NCBI GenBank assembly: GCA_034520965.1
Contig: JAXHMY010000003.1
Span: forward strand, 288,001 to 352,000
Origin: Spirochaetia bacterium
Lineage (GTDB): Bacteria > Spirochaetota > Spirochaetia > DSM-16054 > Sediminispirochaetaceae
Direction: 5' to 3'
DNA: 64,000 nt
Position 1 is the first letter of the stretch, and every line of letters begins with the position of its first letter. The notes beneath the pieces are model-generated. The model searched no databases and had not been told where the DNA came from. It saw only the letters and a program-made list of their open reading frames with translations. Positions 10,914 through 21,048 of this stretch are shown in pieces. A program made the position numbers and the translations under genes.

Positions 10914-11321
10914 CTAGGGATCGGTAGAGCTAATACTCCAATTCACTTCAAATTTACCCCGACTGTCTTGTCCGCTTATCAACAGCCTTACTTTTCCTTT
11001 ATGTTCTGCAGTGAAAGAGAGGGTCTGTTCCTGTCTAAAAATAATTGTCTCCTCACTTGAAGGCTTTTTTACTGAAAGCTGCAAACTTCCCTTTTTTATT
11101 TCCGGCAGCCATTCAACGGTTACTTTCTCGTTCTCTTCCACCTTAAAAGCTCGTTCTTTATCACCGGAGAAGAGAAAAAAACTTGCATGGGTGGAATCAG
11201 TACTGTTTCGCTCGAACCATAAAAGACGGGACTCGTTACCCAGCGTCTTAATTCCAATTGCGAGCAGAAGCATCGGGATTCCAATTAATAAGATACGTTT
11301 TATGTCTGCTTTTTTTTGCAT
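10914..11321 (-). CDS. Hypothetical membrane-anchored protein with a small beta-rich extracytoplasmic domain
   Basis: GGAG RBS before ATG 11321; N-terminal hydrophobic helix ILLIGIPMLLLAIG. Confidence 0.6.
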   Translation of the reverse strand: MQKKADIKRILLIGIPMLLLAIGIKTLGNESRLLWFERNSTDSTHASFFLFSGDKERAFKVEENEKVTVEWLPEIKKGSLQLSVKKPSSEETIIFRQEQTLSFTAEHKGKVRLLISGQDSRGKFEVNWSISSTDP

Positions 11322-11370
11322 ACTCTCTCCTTGAAAAAATAATAGTCTCCGGTTAAGCCGCCCAGCAATA

Positions 11371-12330
11371 CTAACGAAACAGAAACGTTGCAAGGACTAA
11401 GAAAATAGGCAGGGTAATTACCGCACTCAAATATGTAATTAAGATTCCCGTTCCTATATAATGAATCTGTTTTTCAGTCCCATAGACCTTGGCTACCAGG
11501 AGCAAATTAGTTGCCGGAGGTACCGCTGCCTGCAATATTAAAGATAAGCGTATGCCCCATTGCATAGAGGGTGACAGCGCATTCAACGGTAAGAGTGCCG
11601 CTATTCCAATAAACACCGCCGGGTAAAGTACAAAGCGCAGCAATACTAAACGACCGAATTCAGGACGATATTTTAAGTCTCTCCCCGGAATAGTAGCCAA
11701 TACGGCCCCCAGCATTACAAGCATCAAATCTAAAGCATATTCTCCGGAAAACTCCAATAGGGGACGCACAAAATGGGGAATATAACCTGACAGATTAAAA
11801 GTGGCAAGGATAATTCCTCCGATCAGCCCTATCAGCGGAGGATTTAATTTAAGGGTAAAGCGAGCAGGACCCTCACTTACCAGTGATATCGCTGCCGTCC
11901 ATAAGATAATATTAAATGCCAATACAAACATAAACATATAAATGCTTATCTCGGGAGGTGCCAGAGCTTCTATTATGGGAAGAGGTATAAAACCGGCATT
12001 ATGGATAGTAAACAGGGCTATCATTGAATTGGGCTGATGAGAATAAAGGGGGCGGGTACGAACCAGCGCACGTGCTATTAGAACCTGAGTTCCAATCATC
12101 ACAAAACAGGCGATAAAATATACAAATAACCACTGGGAACCCACGGAAACAGCCGTTTCCCACCCAAGGGGCAGCCTGTGTAAAAAGTAGAGTGGAAATA
12201 GTATATTCATCACAGTAAAAATAGCCGGTTTCAAAACCCGCCGTCCCATCACCGGGATGCGAAAAAGAGCGAAGCCCAGCAAAGCAAGCCCGGCAAGTTT
12301 TAGTACCGCTTCAAATATTGGTTGATACAT
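11371..12330 (-). CDS. AEC (auxin efflux carrier) family transporter
   Basis: About 10 TM helices, HNAGFIPLP, LNPPL and QAAVPPAT motifs. Confidence 0.85.
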   Translation of the reverse strand: MYQPIFEAVLKLAGLALLGFALFRIPVMGRRVLKPAIFTVMNILFPLYFLHRLPLGWETAVSVGSQWLFVYFIACFVMIGTQVLIARALVRTRPLYSHQPNSMIALFTIHNAGFIPLPIIEALAPPEISIYMFMFVLAFNIILWTAAISLVSEGPARFTLKLNPPLIGLIGGIILATFNLSGYIPHFVRPLLEFSGEYALDLMLVMLGAVLATIPGRDLKYRPEFGRLVLLRFVLYPAVFIGIAALLPLNALSPSMQWGIRLSLILQAAVPPATNLLLVAKVYGTEKQIHYIGTGILITYLSAVITLPIFLVLATFLFR

Positions 12331-12341
12331 ACTATGTCATT

Positions 12342-14210
12342 TTAGGATGAGGCAGTATCCTCAAGTTCCTGCAACTCCTCCCAGCGCCGATACGCAGCCT
12401 CCAGTTCCGATTCTACCTTTTTCAGCTGGGCGGTAAGGACAGCCGGTGCTCCCTGGGCAGAGCGGTAAAGCTCCGGATCGGCTAATTCATTATGTATTCG
12501 CTCTAACTCTGCCTCTATATTAATAATTGTATCGGGTAAGTTCTCCAGCTCCTGACGCTCTTTGTACGAGAGGGTCCGCGGTTTTTCTGTTTTAGGCTTT
12601 TTAGCCCGACGCTTTTGAACAGCAGATTTTTCCTCTGTGGAGGCCTGTAGAGTTTTTTGACCAACCTTAACGGGGACATCCTTACTACTCTGCTGCTCTT
12701 CAGTTTTTCGGCGCAGCTCGGAATCCTCCCAATCGGCGTAGCCTCCGGCGTATTCAATCACCCGTCCCCGGCCTGCCAATACAAAACAATCGGTTACCAC
12801 ATTGTCGAGGAAAGTTCTGTCGTGGCTGACCAACAGTATGGTCCCCTGATACTCCTGAAGTAAATCTTCCAGCAGCTCAAGGGTTTCAACATCAAGGTCG
12901 TTGGTCGGTTCATCCAGAATCAGCAGATTCGCCGGCCGGGCAAACAGTTTAGCCAGCAACAAACGATTCCGTTCGCCCCCTGACAAATGGGCAACCGGGC
13001 TTTTAGCCCTGTCCGGGCTGAACAGAAAATCCTGCAGGTACGCCATAATGTGTTTTTTACGGCCGTTCAGTTCAATTGTCTCATATCCATCGCCCAAATC
13101 TTTCGATTACGTTTTTATCCGGGTCCAATTCTGTCTCCGCATTTGGTCAAAATATACGGGTTCAAGGTTTACTCCATGGCGAATAGTGCCATTCTGGGGC
13201 TCAAGTTCCTTCAATAAAAGTTTCAAGAGGGTCGTTTTCCCAGAACCGTTGGGACCGATAATCCTGACCCTATCCCGGCGCATAATTGTAGTAGTAAAGT
13301 TGTCAATAATCGGTTCGCTAATCGATTGACCATCAGACTTTTCGCCGTATCCAAAGCTGATACTTTTGGCCTCAATCACCAAATTTCCCGAACGCCCACC
13401 GTTATGGATTTCCATGCGCGCTTTTCCAGTCTGTTCCCGTCGTTGACGGTACTGGTCGCGCATCTCCTGCAGCGCCCGTACCCGACCTTCGTTCCGCGTT
13501 CGGCGGGCCTTCACCCCGCGCCGTAACCAGGCCTCCTCTCTAGCCAAACGCTTATCAAACTCAGCTCTCTTTTTTGCTTCGGCTTCCAATAGCTCTTCAC
13601 GCCGCTCTAAAAACTGCTCGTAGGAAGTACGAAATGCGTAGACCTTGCCTCGATCAATTTCTGCAACCCGATTCGACAGACGTTTTGCAAAGCTGCGATC
13701 GTGGGTTACAAAAACCACCGTCTTCACCCGCCGCAGCAGATAATCTTCCAGCAAACGGATAGTATCAATATCCAAATGGTTAGTCGGCTCGTCCAGCAGA
13801 AGAACCTCCGCATCAGCTGCAAGTACCCGGGCCAGATAAGCCCGCCGTTGCTCCCCTCCGGACATTGAAGACAATTCCTGTTCAGGATCGAGGCCCAGCA
13901 GAGACAAAGCCTGCTCGGCAGCCAAACTCCGTTCAGGATCGCCGTCGGTGACAAGTTCAATCAACCTGCCTTGAGCGCCGTTTGGAAACTCCTGCCGCAG
14001 GTAGGCAGTCTTCACACCGCCTTCCCACACAACCTCCCCTGAATCCGGTTCAAGCAGACCGGCCATTAACTTAAGCAGTGTCGATTTACCGGTTCCGTTC
14101 TTACCGAGCAAACAGAGTTTATCACCTGATTCAATATGAAGCTCCAGGCCATCCAGCAACGGAGGCCCCCCGAAGCTTAAACTGAGATTTTTTATGCTAA
14201 TTATTGCCAT
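12342..14210 (-). CDS. uup: ABC-F ATPase, Uup-like; frameshifted near 13100-13120
   Basis: Two ABC domains (GKNGTGKST, GPNGSGKTT), GVKARRTRNEGRVRAL linker, C-terminal LSYKERQELENLP coiled coil; ORFs 13107-14210 and 12342-13097 are consecutive halves. Confidence 0.9.
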
Positions 14211-14275
14211 GCTTAATCATATCTGTTTGGATAGATCTCTACAATAGTTTCGCATCACAGGACAGCCACCTAAGT

Positions 14276-14419
14276 CAGCGATTCTAAATTTGGAAGTCTT
14301 TAGACTTCCAAATTCAGATTTCCGCATCAATCTCTTTGCAACTTTTATATATCTCATATGCTCGCAGGTATTCTCATTTTTGGATAGTATAATTACACTA
14401 TCCAAAATGAGAATAGCTG
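14276..14419. mobile_element. Putative MITE, copy 1 (144 bp, double hairpin)
   Basis: 9-bp TSD CACCTAAGT at 14267-14275 and 14420-14428; imperfect TIR CAGCGATTCTAAATTTGGA / TCCAAAATGAGAATAGCTG; colinear with 15287-15429. Confidence 0.8.
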
Positions 14420-14429
14420 CACCTAAGTG

Positions 14430-14484
14430 TTGACAGTTACTCAAACATGGATGTAATCTAATAATGACAGCGTTATGCTGTCAT
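14430..14484 (+). promoter_or_regulatory. Sigma70-type promoter and palindromic operator of the TA operon
   Basis: TTGACA (14430) - 18 bp - TAATCT (14454); inverted repeat ATGACAGC-N5-GCTGTCAT at 14464-14484, typical of RHH antitoxin autorepression. Confidence 0.65.
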
Positions 14485-14512
14485 ATTGTGCAGACACATA
14501 AAGGGGGCTGCA

Positions 14513-14773
14513 ATGAAAAACATCACAATACGCGGTGTCGATGAAAAATTAGAGCGAGCACTTAAAGAGAAAGCACAACAAGAACACATGAGCATGAATA
14601 AGCTTGTTATTCGAATACTGCAAAATAATCTTGTCAAAGACAAGAAGTCAGAGATTCTAAAAACATACGATGATCTCGATCATCTTGCCGGTACATGGAG
14701 TGAAGCCGAAGCCCGCGAGTTTGAAGAGTACATTACCCCTTTCGAACAAATCGACGAAGAGATGTGGAAATGA
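14513..14773 (+). CDS. RHH antitoxin (FitA/VapB-like)
   Basis: MKNITIRGVDEKLERALKEKAQQEHMSMNKLVIRIL ribbon-helix-helix; DLDHLAGTWS; ATGA overlap with the PIN toxin. Confidence 0.85.
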   Translation: MKNITIRGVDEKLERALKEKAQQEHMSMNKLVIRILQNNLVKDKKSEILKTYDDLDHLAGTWSEAEAREFEEYITPFEQIDEEMWK

Positions 14774-15159
14774 GAAAAGTATGCATCGACACCAATATCT
14801 ACACTGCATTCAAGAAAAAAAATCCCGATGTGGTAGTAGCCTTCCGCAGTTTTGATCTTATAGGCATCGACAGTGCGGTACTCGCTGAACTATATGCCGG
14901 TTTTGACCTGGGAAGGAAAAGCAAACAAAACCGAGAAGAGCTTACCGATTTCCTCAATTCACAAAGAGTTATTCTATACTCACACGACATGGAGACTGCA
15001 GAGTTCTTTTCTTACATTTTCCGACAACTCAGATCGAAGGGTACTCCCATTCCTACCAACGACATATGGATAGCAGCATCCAGTATGCAGCATGGACTGG
15101 CACTCTACACTTTCGACCGTCATTTCTATTCAATCGACGGTATACTTCTGTACGAATGA
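14770..15159 (+). CDS. vapC: PIN-domain toxin
   Basis: IDTN, LAELYAG, PIPTNDIWIAA, LYTFDRHF. Confidence 0.93.
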   Translation: MRKVCIDTNIYTAFKKKNPDVVVAFRSFDLIGIDSAVLAELYAGFDLGRKSKQNREELTDFLNSQRVILYSHDMETAEFFSYIFRQLRSKGTPIPTNDIWIAASSMQHGLALYTFDRHFYSIDGILLYE

Positions 15160-15286
15160 TAATAAATCCGTTACTTATTTTATTGTACCCGGACGAATCT
15201 GTAATGCATTCTTAGCGGCTGTATCCTGGGCCGGCACAACTGTCGAGGCAAAGTCCTTTGCAGGAGCAAGGGATACCTTTTCTCCA

Positions 15287-15429
15287 GAGCGATATCTACA
15301 TCCGGAAGTCTTTTGACTTCCAAATATAGAATTCGCATCAATTTCTTTGCAAAATTTTATATATCTAAACCTTTGGAGGCATTCTCAGTTTGGATAGTGT
15401 AATTACACTATCCAAACTGAGAATAGCTG
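15287..15429. mobile_element. Putative MITE, copy 2 (143 bp, double hairpin)
   Basis: 9-bp TSD TTTTCTCCA at 15278-15286 and 15430-15438; perfect 44-bp palindrome at 15381-15424; colinear with copy 1. Confidence 0.8.
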
Positions 15430-15529
15430 TTTTCTCCATCAAAAAACAACACCCCTTCCCGGGAGAGTGAACTCAACAGCGTCGGATCCTCGAAGCCTTC
15501 GATATTTTGATCGGTTAAAGAGAACCTCG

Positions 15530-16988
15530 TTATAACTTTATATCACCACCGTTGCCGCCGAATATCGCGTGCGATTTTTTCAGCAGTTCATCGGTGTGGG
15601 GAGCGATATGCTGATAGACCGTCTCGTTGATCCGCTGGTAGAGCTCGGCGTTTTCGGCTACGGGCTGGAAAGTGTCCTTCCTCCGGACCATCTGCTCGAT
15701 GGCCTCCTGCCGGTCGCGGTAGACTCCCAGGGCCAGGGCGGTACAAATGGCGGCTCCCATGCCGGCCGATTCGTTGACCACATTCCGGTGCGCCGGAACT
15801 CCGAATACCTCGGCGAATATCTGCATGAACAGCTCGCCGTTGGAGCCGCCGCCGCTGACAATGAGGTGTGTCAGCTCTACCCCCCGCTCGTCGCACATGG
15901 CCTGGGCGTGGTTTTTCATGGTGAAGGCGATTCCCTCCAGAACGGAGCGGAACATATGCGGGCCCTTGTGGCTGCCGTTGAAGCCGATCATCATTCCCCG
16001 CTCGTGGGGACGGGTAGGTTCTGCCAGCCAGTGGAGGACCGTATACAGCCCGTCACAGCCTACGGGAACCTCGGCGGCCAGCTTGTTGAGGTAGGCTTCC
16101 GGCGACAGGCCGTGTTCCTCCGCTGCCCGGACGATGTCGGATCCGAGCAGATCCTTTATCCAGGTTATGGTGGCCATGCCGTGCCGAATGCCGTTGCTTT
16201 CGTAGAGAACCTCGCCCCGGGTTGCGCCGGGGTTGCTCCAGTAATGGACGCTGTCCGGGTTATATTCATTACCCACCATCATGGAGGTGATGTAGGTTCC
16301 CAGAGAGACAAGCACGGTGCCGTCGTTTACCAGGCCGGCCCCCAGCCCCTCCACCGCCTTGTCGTTGGCGGTAGCCACAACGGGGATGCCCGCCGGTATG
16401 CCGGTGGCCTCGCTGGCCCCCGGGGTGATACGGCCCAGGACGCTGGAGGGGTCTACCAAATCGAAGAGCATTTCCCGCGGGGTGGTGTAGGAGTCGAAGG
16501 TCTCTCCGGCTTCGTACCACTCCAGGGTCTGCGGATTTATGGGCCAGGGGCCAACGTAGTTGGCACGGGTATCCCGGGTTTCTCCAGTCAGCCGGTGAGT
16601 AAGGTAGCCGGTAGAAGTTGTCACGTAGCGCACCGCATCGTCTTCGTGCTGGTAGGGTTTTGACAGGCGAATATCCATCCAGTTCTGCACCGGGGGCGGC
16701 CAGCTGGCCGTCCGCTCGTATGAGGGCCCGGCAGCAGCGGATCGACCCCAGCCCGACTCCGATGATTGCATTTCTGTCACCGGAAAATTTTTCAAACAGG
16801 TTTCCCGGCTGGCCTGTTGCAGGCTATCCCACAGGTCGTCATCGGGATGCTCGGCCCGGCCTTCTCCGTATAGATGGAGGGCCTTGAGTCGCTCGGTTTG
16901 AGCACATCATTTCCGTTCCGGAGGTATCGAAAATTGCCACCTTGGTGCTTTGGGAACCTCCGTCAATGGCCATAATATACTGTTCCAT
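15530..16988 (-). CDS. FGGY-family sugar kinase, YgcE-like; frameshifts in the 5' part
   Basis: MEQYIMAIDGGSQSTKV start, ATANDKAVEGLGAG, SLGTY, RSVLEGIAF, SGGGS. Confidence 0.85.
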
Positions 16989-17002
16989 GTTCAACTCCCG
17001 GT

Positions 17003-17782
17003 TTATCGTGTCAGGTACCCGCCGTCCACCGTCAGGACGGCTCCATTCATGTAGTTCGAGGCAGCGCTCGCAAGAAAAACACAGGAGCCCATCAGTTCGC
17101 CGGGCAGACCCCAGCGTTCGGCGGGAATGTGCGAGAGAATTTCCCCGTTGCGCTTTGTATTGTTTCTGGTTTTCTCGGTTAGCTTTGTGGCGAAATAGCC
17201 CGGCGCCAGCGCATTTACCTGGATGTCGAACTGGGCCAGTTCGTCGCACATGGTTTTGGTAAGCCCGACAATACCATGCTTGGTGGCCGCGTAGGCCGGT
17301 GACCACTGCCCGCCGAGAAAGGAGTAGAGCGAGGCAATGTTGATTATTTTCCCGCTCTTCTGCTCGATCATAAACTTGCTGGCTTCCTGGGTCATTTCAA
17401 AGGCAGCGGTCAGATTAACAGAGACCATTTTATCCCATTCCCGGCGGGTATATTTAGTCACATCTTCTATATTAATACTGATTCCCGCACAATTGATAAG
17501 AATATCAATGCCGCCCCAGGTATCGACACAGTCCTTGACCACCCGTTTACATTCGCCCTCGGCGGTAATATCGGCATAGTTATAGGTATACTCCACGCCG
17601 CAGTCTCCGACCATCTGCGCAGTTTCTCCCCCGTCATCCATTATGCTGACGGCCATTACATTAGCCCCGCCCTTTGCGAGGGCGAGGGAGAATACCTGCC
17701 CCAGGCCGGTGTTGCCGCCGGTTACTAGCGCATTTTTTCCTTTGAGCGAGAAATAGTCCATGCTGAAATCTGTCAAGTTCAT
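17003..17782 (-). CDS. SDR oxidoreductase (YgcW/KduD-like)
   Basis: TGGNTGLG, NCAG, YAATKHG, VDGGY. Confidence 0.9.
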   Translation of the reverse strand: MNLTDFSMDYFSLKGKNALVTGGNTGLGQVFSLALAKGGANVMAVSIMDDGGETAQMVGDCGVEYTYNYADITAEGECKRVVKDCVDTWGGIDILINCAGISINIEDVTKYTRREWDKMVSVNLTAAFEMTQEASKFMIEQKSGKIINIASLYSFLGGQWSPAYAATKHGIVGLTKTMCDELAQFDIQVNALAPGYFATKLTEKTRNNTKRNGEILSHIPAERWGLPGELMGSCVFLASAASNYMNGAVLTVDGGYLTR

Positions 17783-18780
17783 TGCTGCTCTCCTTGTGCT
17801 TCGCTGCGGAATGCCTCAATTCTATCTGTCAGTTTATCGATAAACTCCATGGCATCGCCTTCGACGACGATGTCCGCTAGACTGCAGATAGGGGCATTCC
17901 GGTTGGTATTGACTGAAATAATCGATTCTATATTTTTCATACCGTCGACATGCTGTATGGCACCGTTGATTCCCAAGGCGATGTACAGCCGCGGACTGAC
18001 GGTGCGGCCCGACTGTCCCACTTGGATGCTGCGGGGAGCGATGCCCCGGTCCACAATTTTCCGGCTGGCTGAAACCCGTCCCTGCAGGGCATCTGCCAGG
18101 CGCTGCAGCCCGGAGAAACTGCGCAGTACTCCGCCGCCGCCGGAGATAAGGACATCACTCTCCCGGATGTCGTAGGATATCTGCTTTTCCTTTACCGCCA
18201 GCGGCTTCAGGCTGCCGCGGGCTTCTACGGGCGCCGTATACTTCCGCACTTCCGTTTTCATCCCGCCTTCTCCCGCATATTTGAAAACCCCGGGACGTAC
18301 ACTCATCATGACCGGTCCGCTTCCGCGGGTGACGATCGCGGCCATTAGTCTTCCGCTGTAGGCGGGGCGGATAATCTCCACTTTTCCGTCCTGCCGGCGG
18401 ATATCCGTTATGTCCGCCACTATCCCGGTGTGCAGACGTTTGGCCAGGCGGGGGGCGATCATGCGGCCGAAGGGGGTAGCCGGAACCAGAATGGAATCGA
18501 ATTGGTATTCCTTCTGCAGCTGTGTAAGAACTGCGCATATTCCGATCTGATCGTGGGGCTCTATAACTTGCCGGCTTAGGTGAATGATTTTATCAAAGAA
18601 ACCGGACAAGGGTTCGCTGGGGCCGTCGGGGCCGTCGGGGCCGGCGGAGCCGTCGATCACCAGCGCGTAGGCCTCAAAGGGCGCTTCTCCGTACATTTTT
18701 TCGGCCGCTGATAGCAGATCGACGGTACGTTCGATCTGTTCGCAGTCCTGGAAAATCAAAGTCCGCTTCACCTGCTTCAT
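17779..18780 (-). CDS. Electron transfer flavoprotein alpha subunit (YgcQ/FixB-like)
   Basis: RPAYSG, SGGGG, QVGQSGRTVSPRLYIALGINGAIQH. Confidence 0.92.
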   Translation of the reverse strand: MKQVKRTLIFQDCEQIERTVDLLSAAEKMYGEAPFEAYALVIDGSAGPDGPDGPSEPLSGFFDKIIHLSRQVIEPHDQIGICAVLTQLQKEYQFDSILVPATPFGRMIAPRLAKRLHTGIVADITDIRRQDGKVEIIRPAYSGRLMAAIVTRGSGPVMMSVRPGVFKYAGEGGMKTEVRKYTAPVEARGSLKPLAVKEKQISYDIRESDVLISGGGGVLRSFSGLQRLADALQGRVSASRKIVDRGIAPRSIQVGQSGRTVSPRLYIALGINGAIQHVDGMKNIESIISVNTNRNAPICSLADIVVEGDAMEFIDKLTDRIEAFRSEAQGEQQ

Positions 18781-19579
18781 TTTATAAGAAATCCTTTTTC
18801 CAACAGGAAATTGAACACCGCTTCGATGCCTGCATCGTCGTTCTGCACTATGCTGCGGTCGCGGGTCTCAAAGCTCTGTGTGTAGGTCCGGACCACCTGC
18901 GGTCAGGGAGCCTTCGCTGCCGACCTCCTCGGGGGCAAAGCCGAGCTCGCCGTTGCCGATCACCGTCAATTTGCCGGAGACGTCCTTCTGGAAGTCTTCG
19001 TACTTCACGTAAGGCAGCTTGTAACCGCTCTCCCGGTCCAGGCTCAGGATTGCGGGCATGGCCATTTCCCAGGTAACTACCGAGCTGTTCGTACTCCACC
19101 TCGAAGACAGCCCGCCGCCCATCAAAGCGTTCCAGGTCGACTGCAGTTATCCCGGACATCTGCTCCAGGCCGAGCTCTTCGCCTATCTGCGCCGGGACAT
19201 GGGATGTGTCGCCGTCCAGAGCGTGGCTGCCCGTAAAAAGGACGTCGAACTGCCGGCTGGACAGATAGCGTGCCAGGATTTTGCTGGTCACATAGGTGTC
19301 GCTGCCCCGGTAGGCGGGGTCGCTGATGATGGTGCCCCGGTCGGTATCCAGCCGCAGCAGGTCTTCCACATGGGGGCGCACCGACTGCGGGCCCATGGTC
19401 ACCACTTCGATACTGCAGTCGGGACGGCTGGCCTTCACTTTAAGGGCAAAGGCCAGCGCGCAGGCATCGTCCGGGTTGAGAACCATCCGGATGTGTTCGC
19501 GGATGAGGGTGTTGTTTTCGTAGTCATAGGCAAAGCTGTCCACATCGGGGACAATCTTCACCACGCAGATTATCTTCAA
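18777..19579 (-). CDS. Electron transfer flavoprotein beta subunit (YgcR/FixA-like); frameshifted
   Basis: MKIICVVKIVPD, NPDD, VTMGP, SDTYVTS, DGDTSHVP; C-terminus continues in other frames to ...LLEKGFLIK* at 18777. Confidence 0.88.
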
Positions 19580-21048
19580 GTCAGGTACTTCCTGCCTTCC
19601 TCTTGGGGGAAAATGGTGCCGAAGTTCATTATACCATCGGGATCGAAAGCCTCTTTTAGTTTTTCGAGCATATAGTAGGCCGAGCCGTGCTCATCCTTGG
19701 TCCACTCGCTGCGAAACTTGCCTATGCCGTGGTGATGGCACATCGAGCCGCCGAATTTGAGGGTCTCCTCCACGATCAGTTTCTGCAGGGGATGGTGGTA
19801 GACCCGCATCTCGTCCTCCGGTGCACAGTGAATATCGTAGTTGTACACAAAATACATGTTTGTTCCGTTTATGTAACTGTGTGAGGAGTGTCCGCCTAGC
19901 ATGGTCAGCTCGTGGGCCCGGGGGTACTCTTTCCGGACGCTCTTGATTACGCTGTTGTAGATTTTGGGGATGGTCTCCCAGTCGGCGGATATCTCGGTGG
20001 TAAAGCCGGCGTGGGAATCATGTTCTTTCATACCTTCGTATTCATCATCGATATCCTGCTGCGACCAGTTTAGGTTATTGAACCAATCCTCGATATACTT
20101 ACTGTCGACCTGCTCGATAATCCCGTCTTTAAACTTTTCCGCCGCAGCTTCGATGCCCCGGCAGGTGGCCTCGACAATCCCCTGCGGGCCTTCGGCCATA
20201 AAGAGCAGCACGCACTTGTTTTTATGGAAATGGTAAAAGTGCTGGGCCGCGTCCTCATCCGAGTAGGTGCGCGCCACGGAGGGGCGGAAGCCGTTTACCA
20301 TCACCTCGCGCAGAACCTTTATCCCAGCCTCAACATCTTTGACAAGGTAGCCGTAGAAGCGGTTGTTGTCGGGGTAGAATTTGAAGCACTTCACCGTGAC
20401 CTCGGTAATATAGCAGAGGGTTCCCTCGTTGCCAATTGCGATGTGCCGGATGTCCGGACCGCCGGAGCGTCTGGAGACATTCTTGATCCGCGATATATGG
20501 CCGTCCGGGAAGACACACTCCAGCCCCACCACCATGTCCTCGATGCCTCCATACAGGGTGGAGAGCTGTCCGATGCTTCTGGTGGCCACCAGGCCGCCCA
20601 GTTTAGCCACCGGCTTTGACTGTGGCGAGTGGCCGGTGGTGCAGCCCGCTTTGCGCAGCTCCTCTTCCAGATCCTGCAGGGCAACTCCAGCCTGTACGGT
20701 GGCCTGCATATTGTAAGTATCTACCTTGATAATCTTATCCAAGTTGAGCGCGTCGATCACCAGGGTCTGTTCTTTCCAGTTTTCCAAACCGCCCTCGGTG
20801 GCCGTTTTGCCCGCCCGGGGAATCACGTTTATTCTGTGTTCGTTACAGAATTTCAAGAGCTTGCTAACCTCTTCGGTGGAGTTCGGATACACGATAGCCA
20901 GGGGCATCGGTACATCCAGCACCCCGCGGGCCTTAGCATATTTCTTGTACCGGTCCGCCGATGCGTCGTAGAGGGTCTCCCGGTCAGTGTTCACCTGTCC
21001 CGGGCTCAGCAGCTTCCGGACCTCTTCCAATATTGTTTCTGAGTTCAT
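19576..21048 (-). CDS. FAD-linked oxidoreductase, YgcU / alkyl-DHAP-synthase-like (VAO/PCMH family)
   Basis: GHSPQS, GGLVATRSIGQLSTLYGGIED, GNEGTL, GGHSSHSY, GGSMCHHHGIGK; AAGGAG RBS before ATG 21048. Confidence 0.88.
   Translation of the reverse strand: MNSETILEEVRKLLSPGQVNTDRETLYDASADRYKKYAKARGVLDVPMPLAIVYPNSTEEVSKLLKFCNEHRINVIPRAGKTATEGGLENWKEQTLVIDALNLDKIIKVDTYNMQATVQAGVALQDLEEELRKAGCTTGHSPQSKPVAKLGGLVATRSIGQLSTLYGGIEDMVVGLECVFPDGHISRIKNVSRRSGGPDIRHIAIGNEGTLCYITEVTVKCFKFYPDNNRFYGYLVKDVEAGIKVLREVMVNGFRPSVARTYSDEDAAQHFYHFHKNKCVLLFMAEGPQGIVEATCRGIEAAAEKFKDGIIEQVDSKYIEDWFNNLNWSQQDIDDEYEGMKEHDSHAGFTTEISADWETIPKIYNSVIKSVRKEYPRAHELTMLGGHSSHSYINGTNMYFVYNYDIHCAPEDEMRVYHHPLQKLIVEETLKFGGSMCHHHGIGKFRSEWTKDEHGSAYYMLEKLKEAFDPDGIMNFGTIFPQEEGRKYLT

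Noticed and set aside
13098..13125. Programmed frameshifting in uup and the other split genes
   Set aside because: No consistent slippery motif or stimulatory structure; indels are too widespread, so sequencing error is simpler
14276..15429. Repeats around vapBC as integron attC sites
   Set aside because: No RYYYAAC/GTTRRRY core pair at the ends, no integrase, and each copy has its own TSD
14276..15429. Composite transposon inserted as one unit
   Set aside because: Outer flanks (CACCTAAGT vs TTTTCTCCA) are not duplicates of each other
15430..15530. attL copy of the tRNA-Arg 3' end at the far island edge
   Set aside because: Only a short TGAAC match; no convincing duplication
15569..16663. 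364-aa plus-strand ORF
   Set aside because: Antisense shadow of the GC-rich FGGY kinase; no motifs
18619..18644. 9-bp tandem repeat in ETF alpha
   Set aside because: In-frame GPD duplication in a probable loop; cannot cause phase variation
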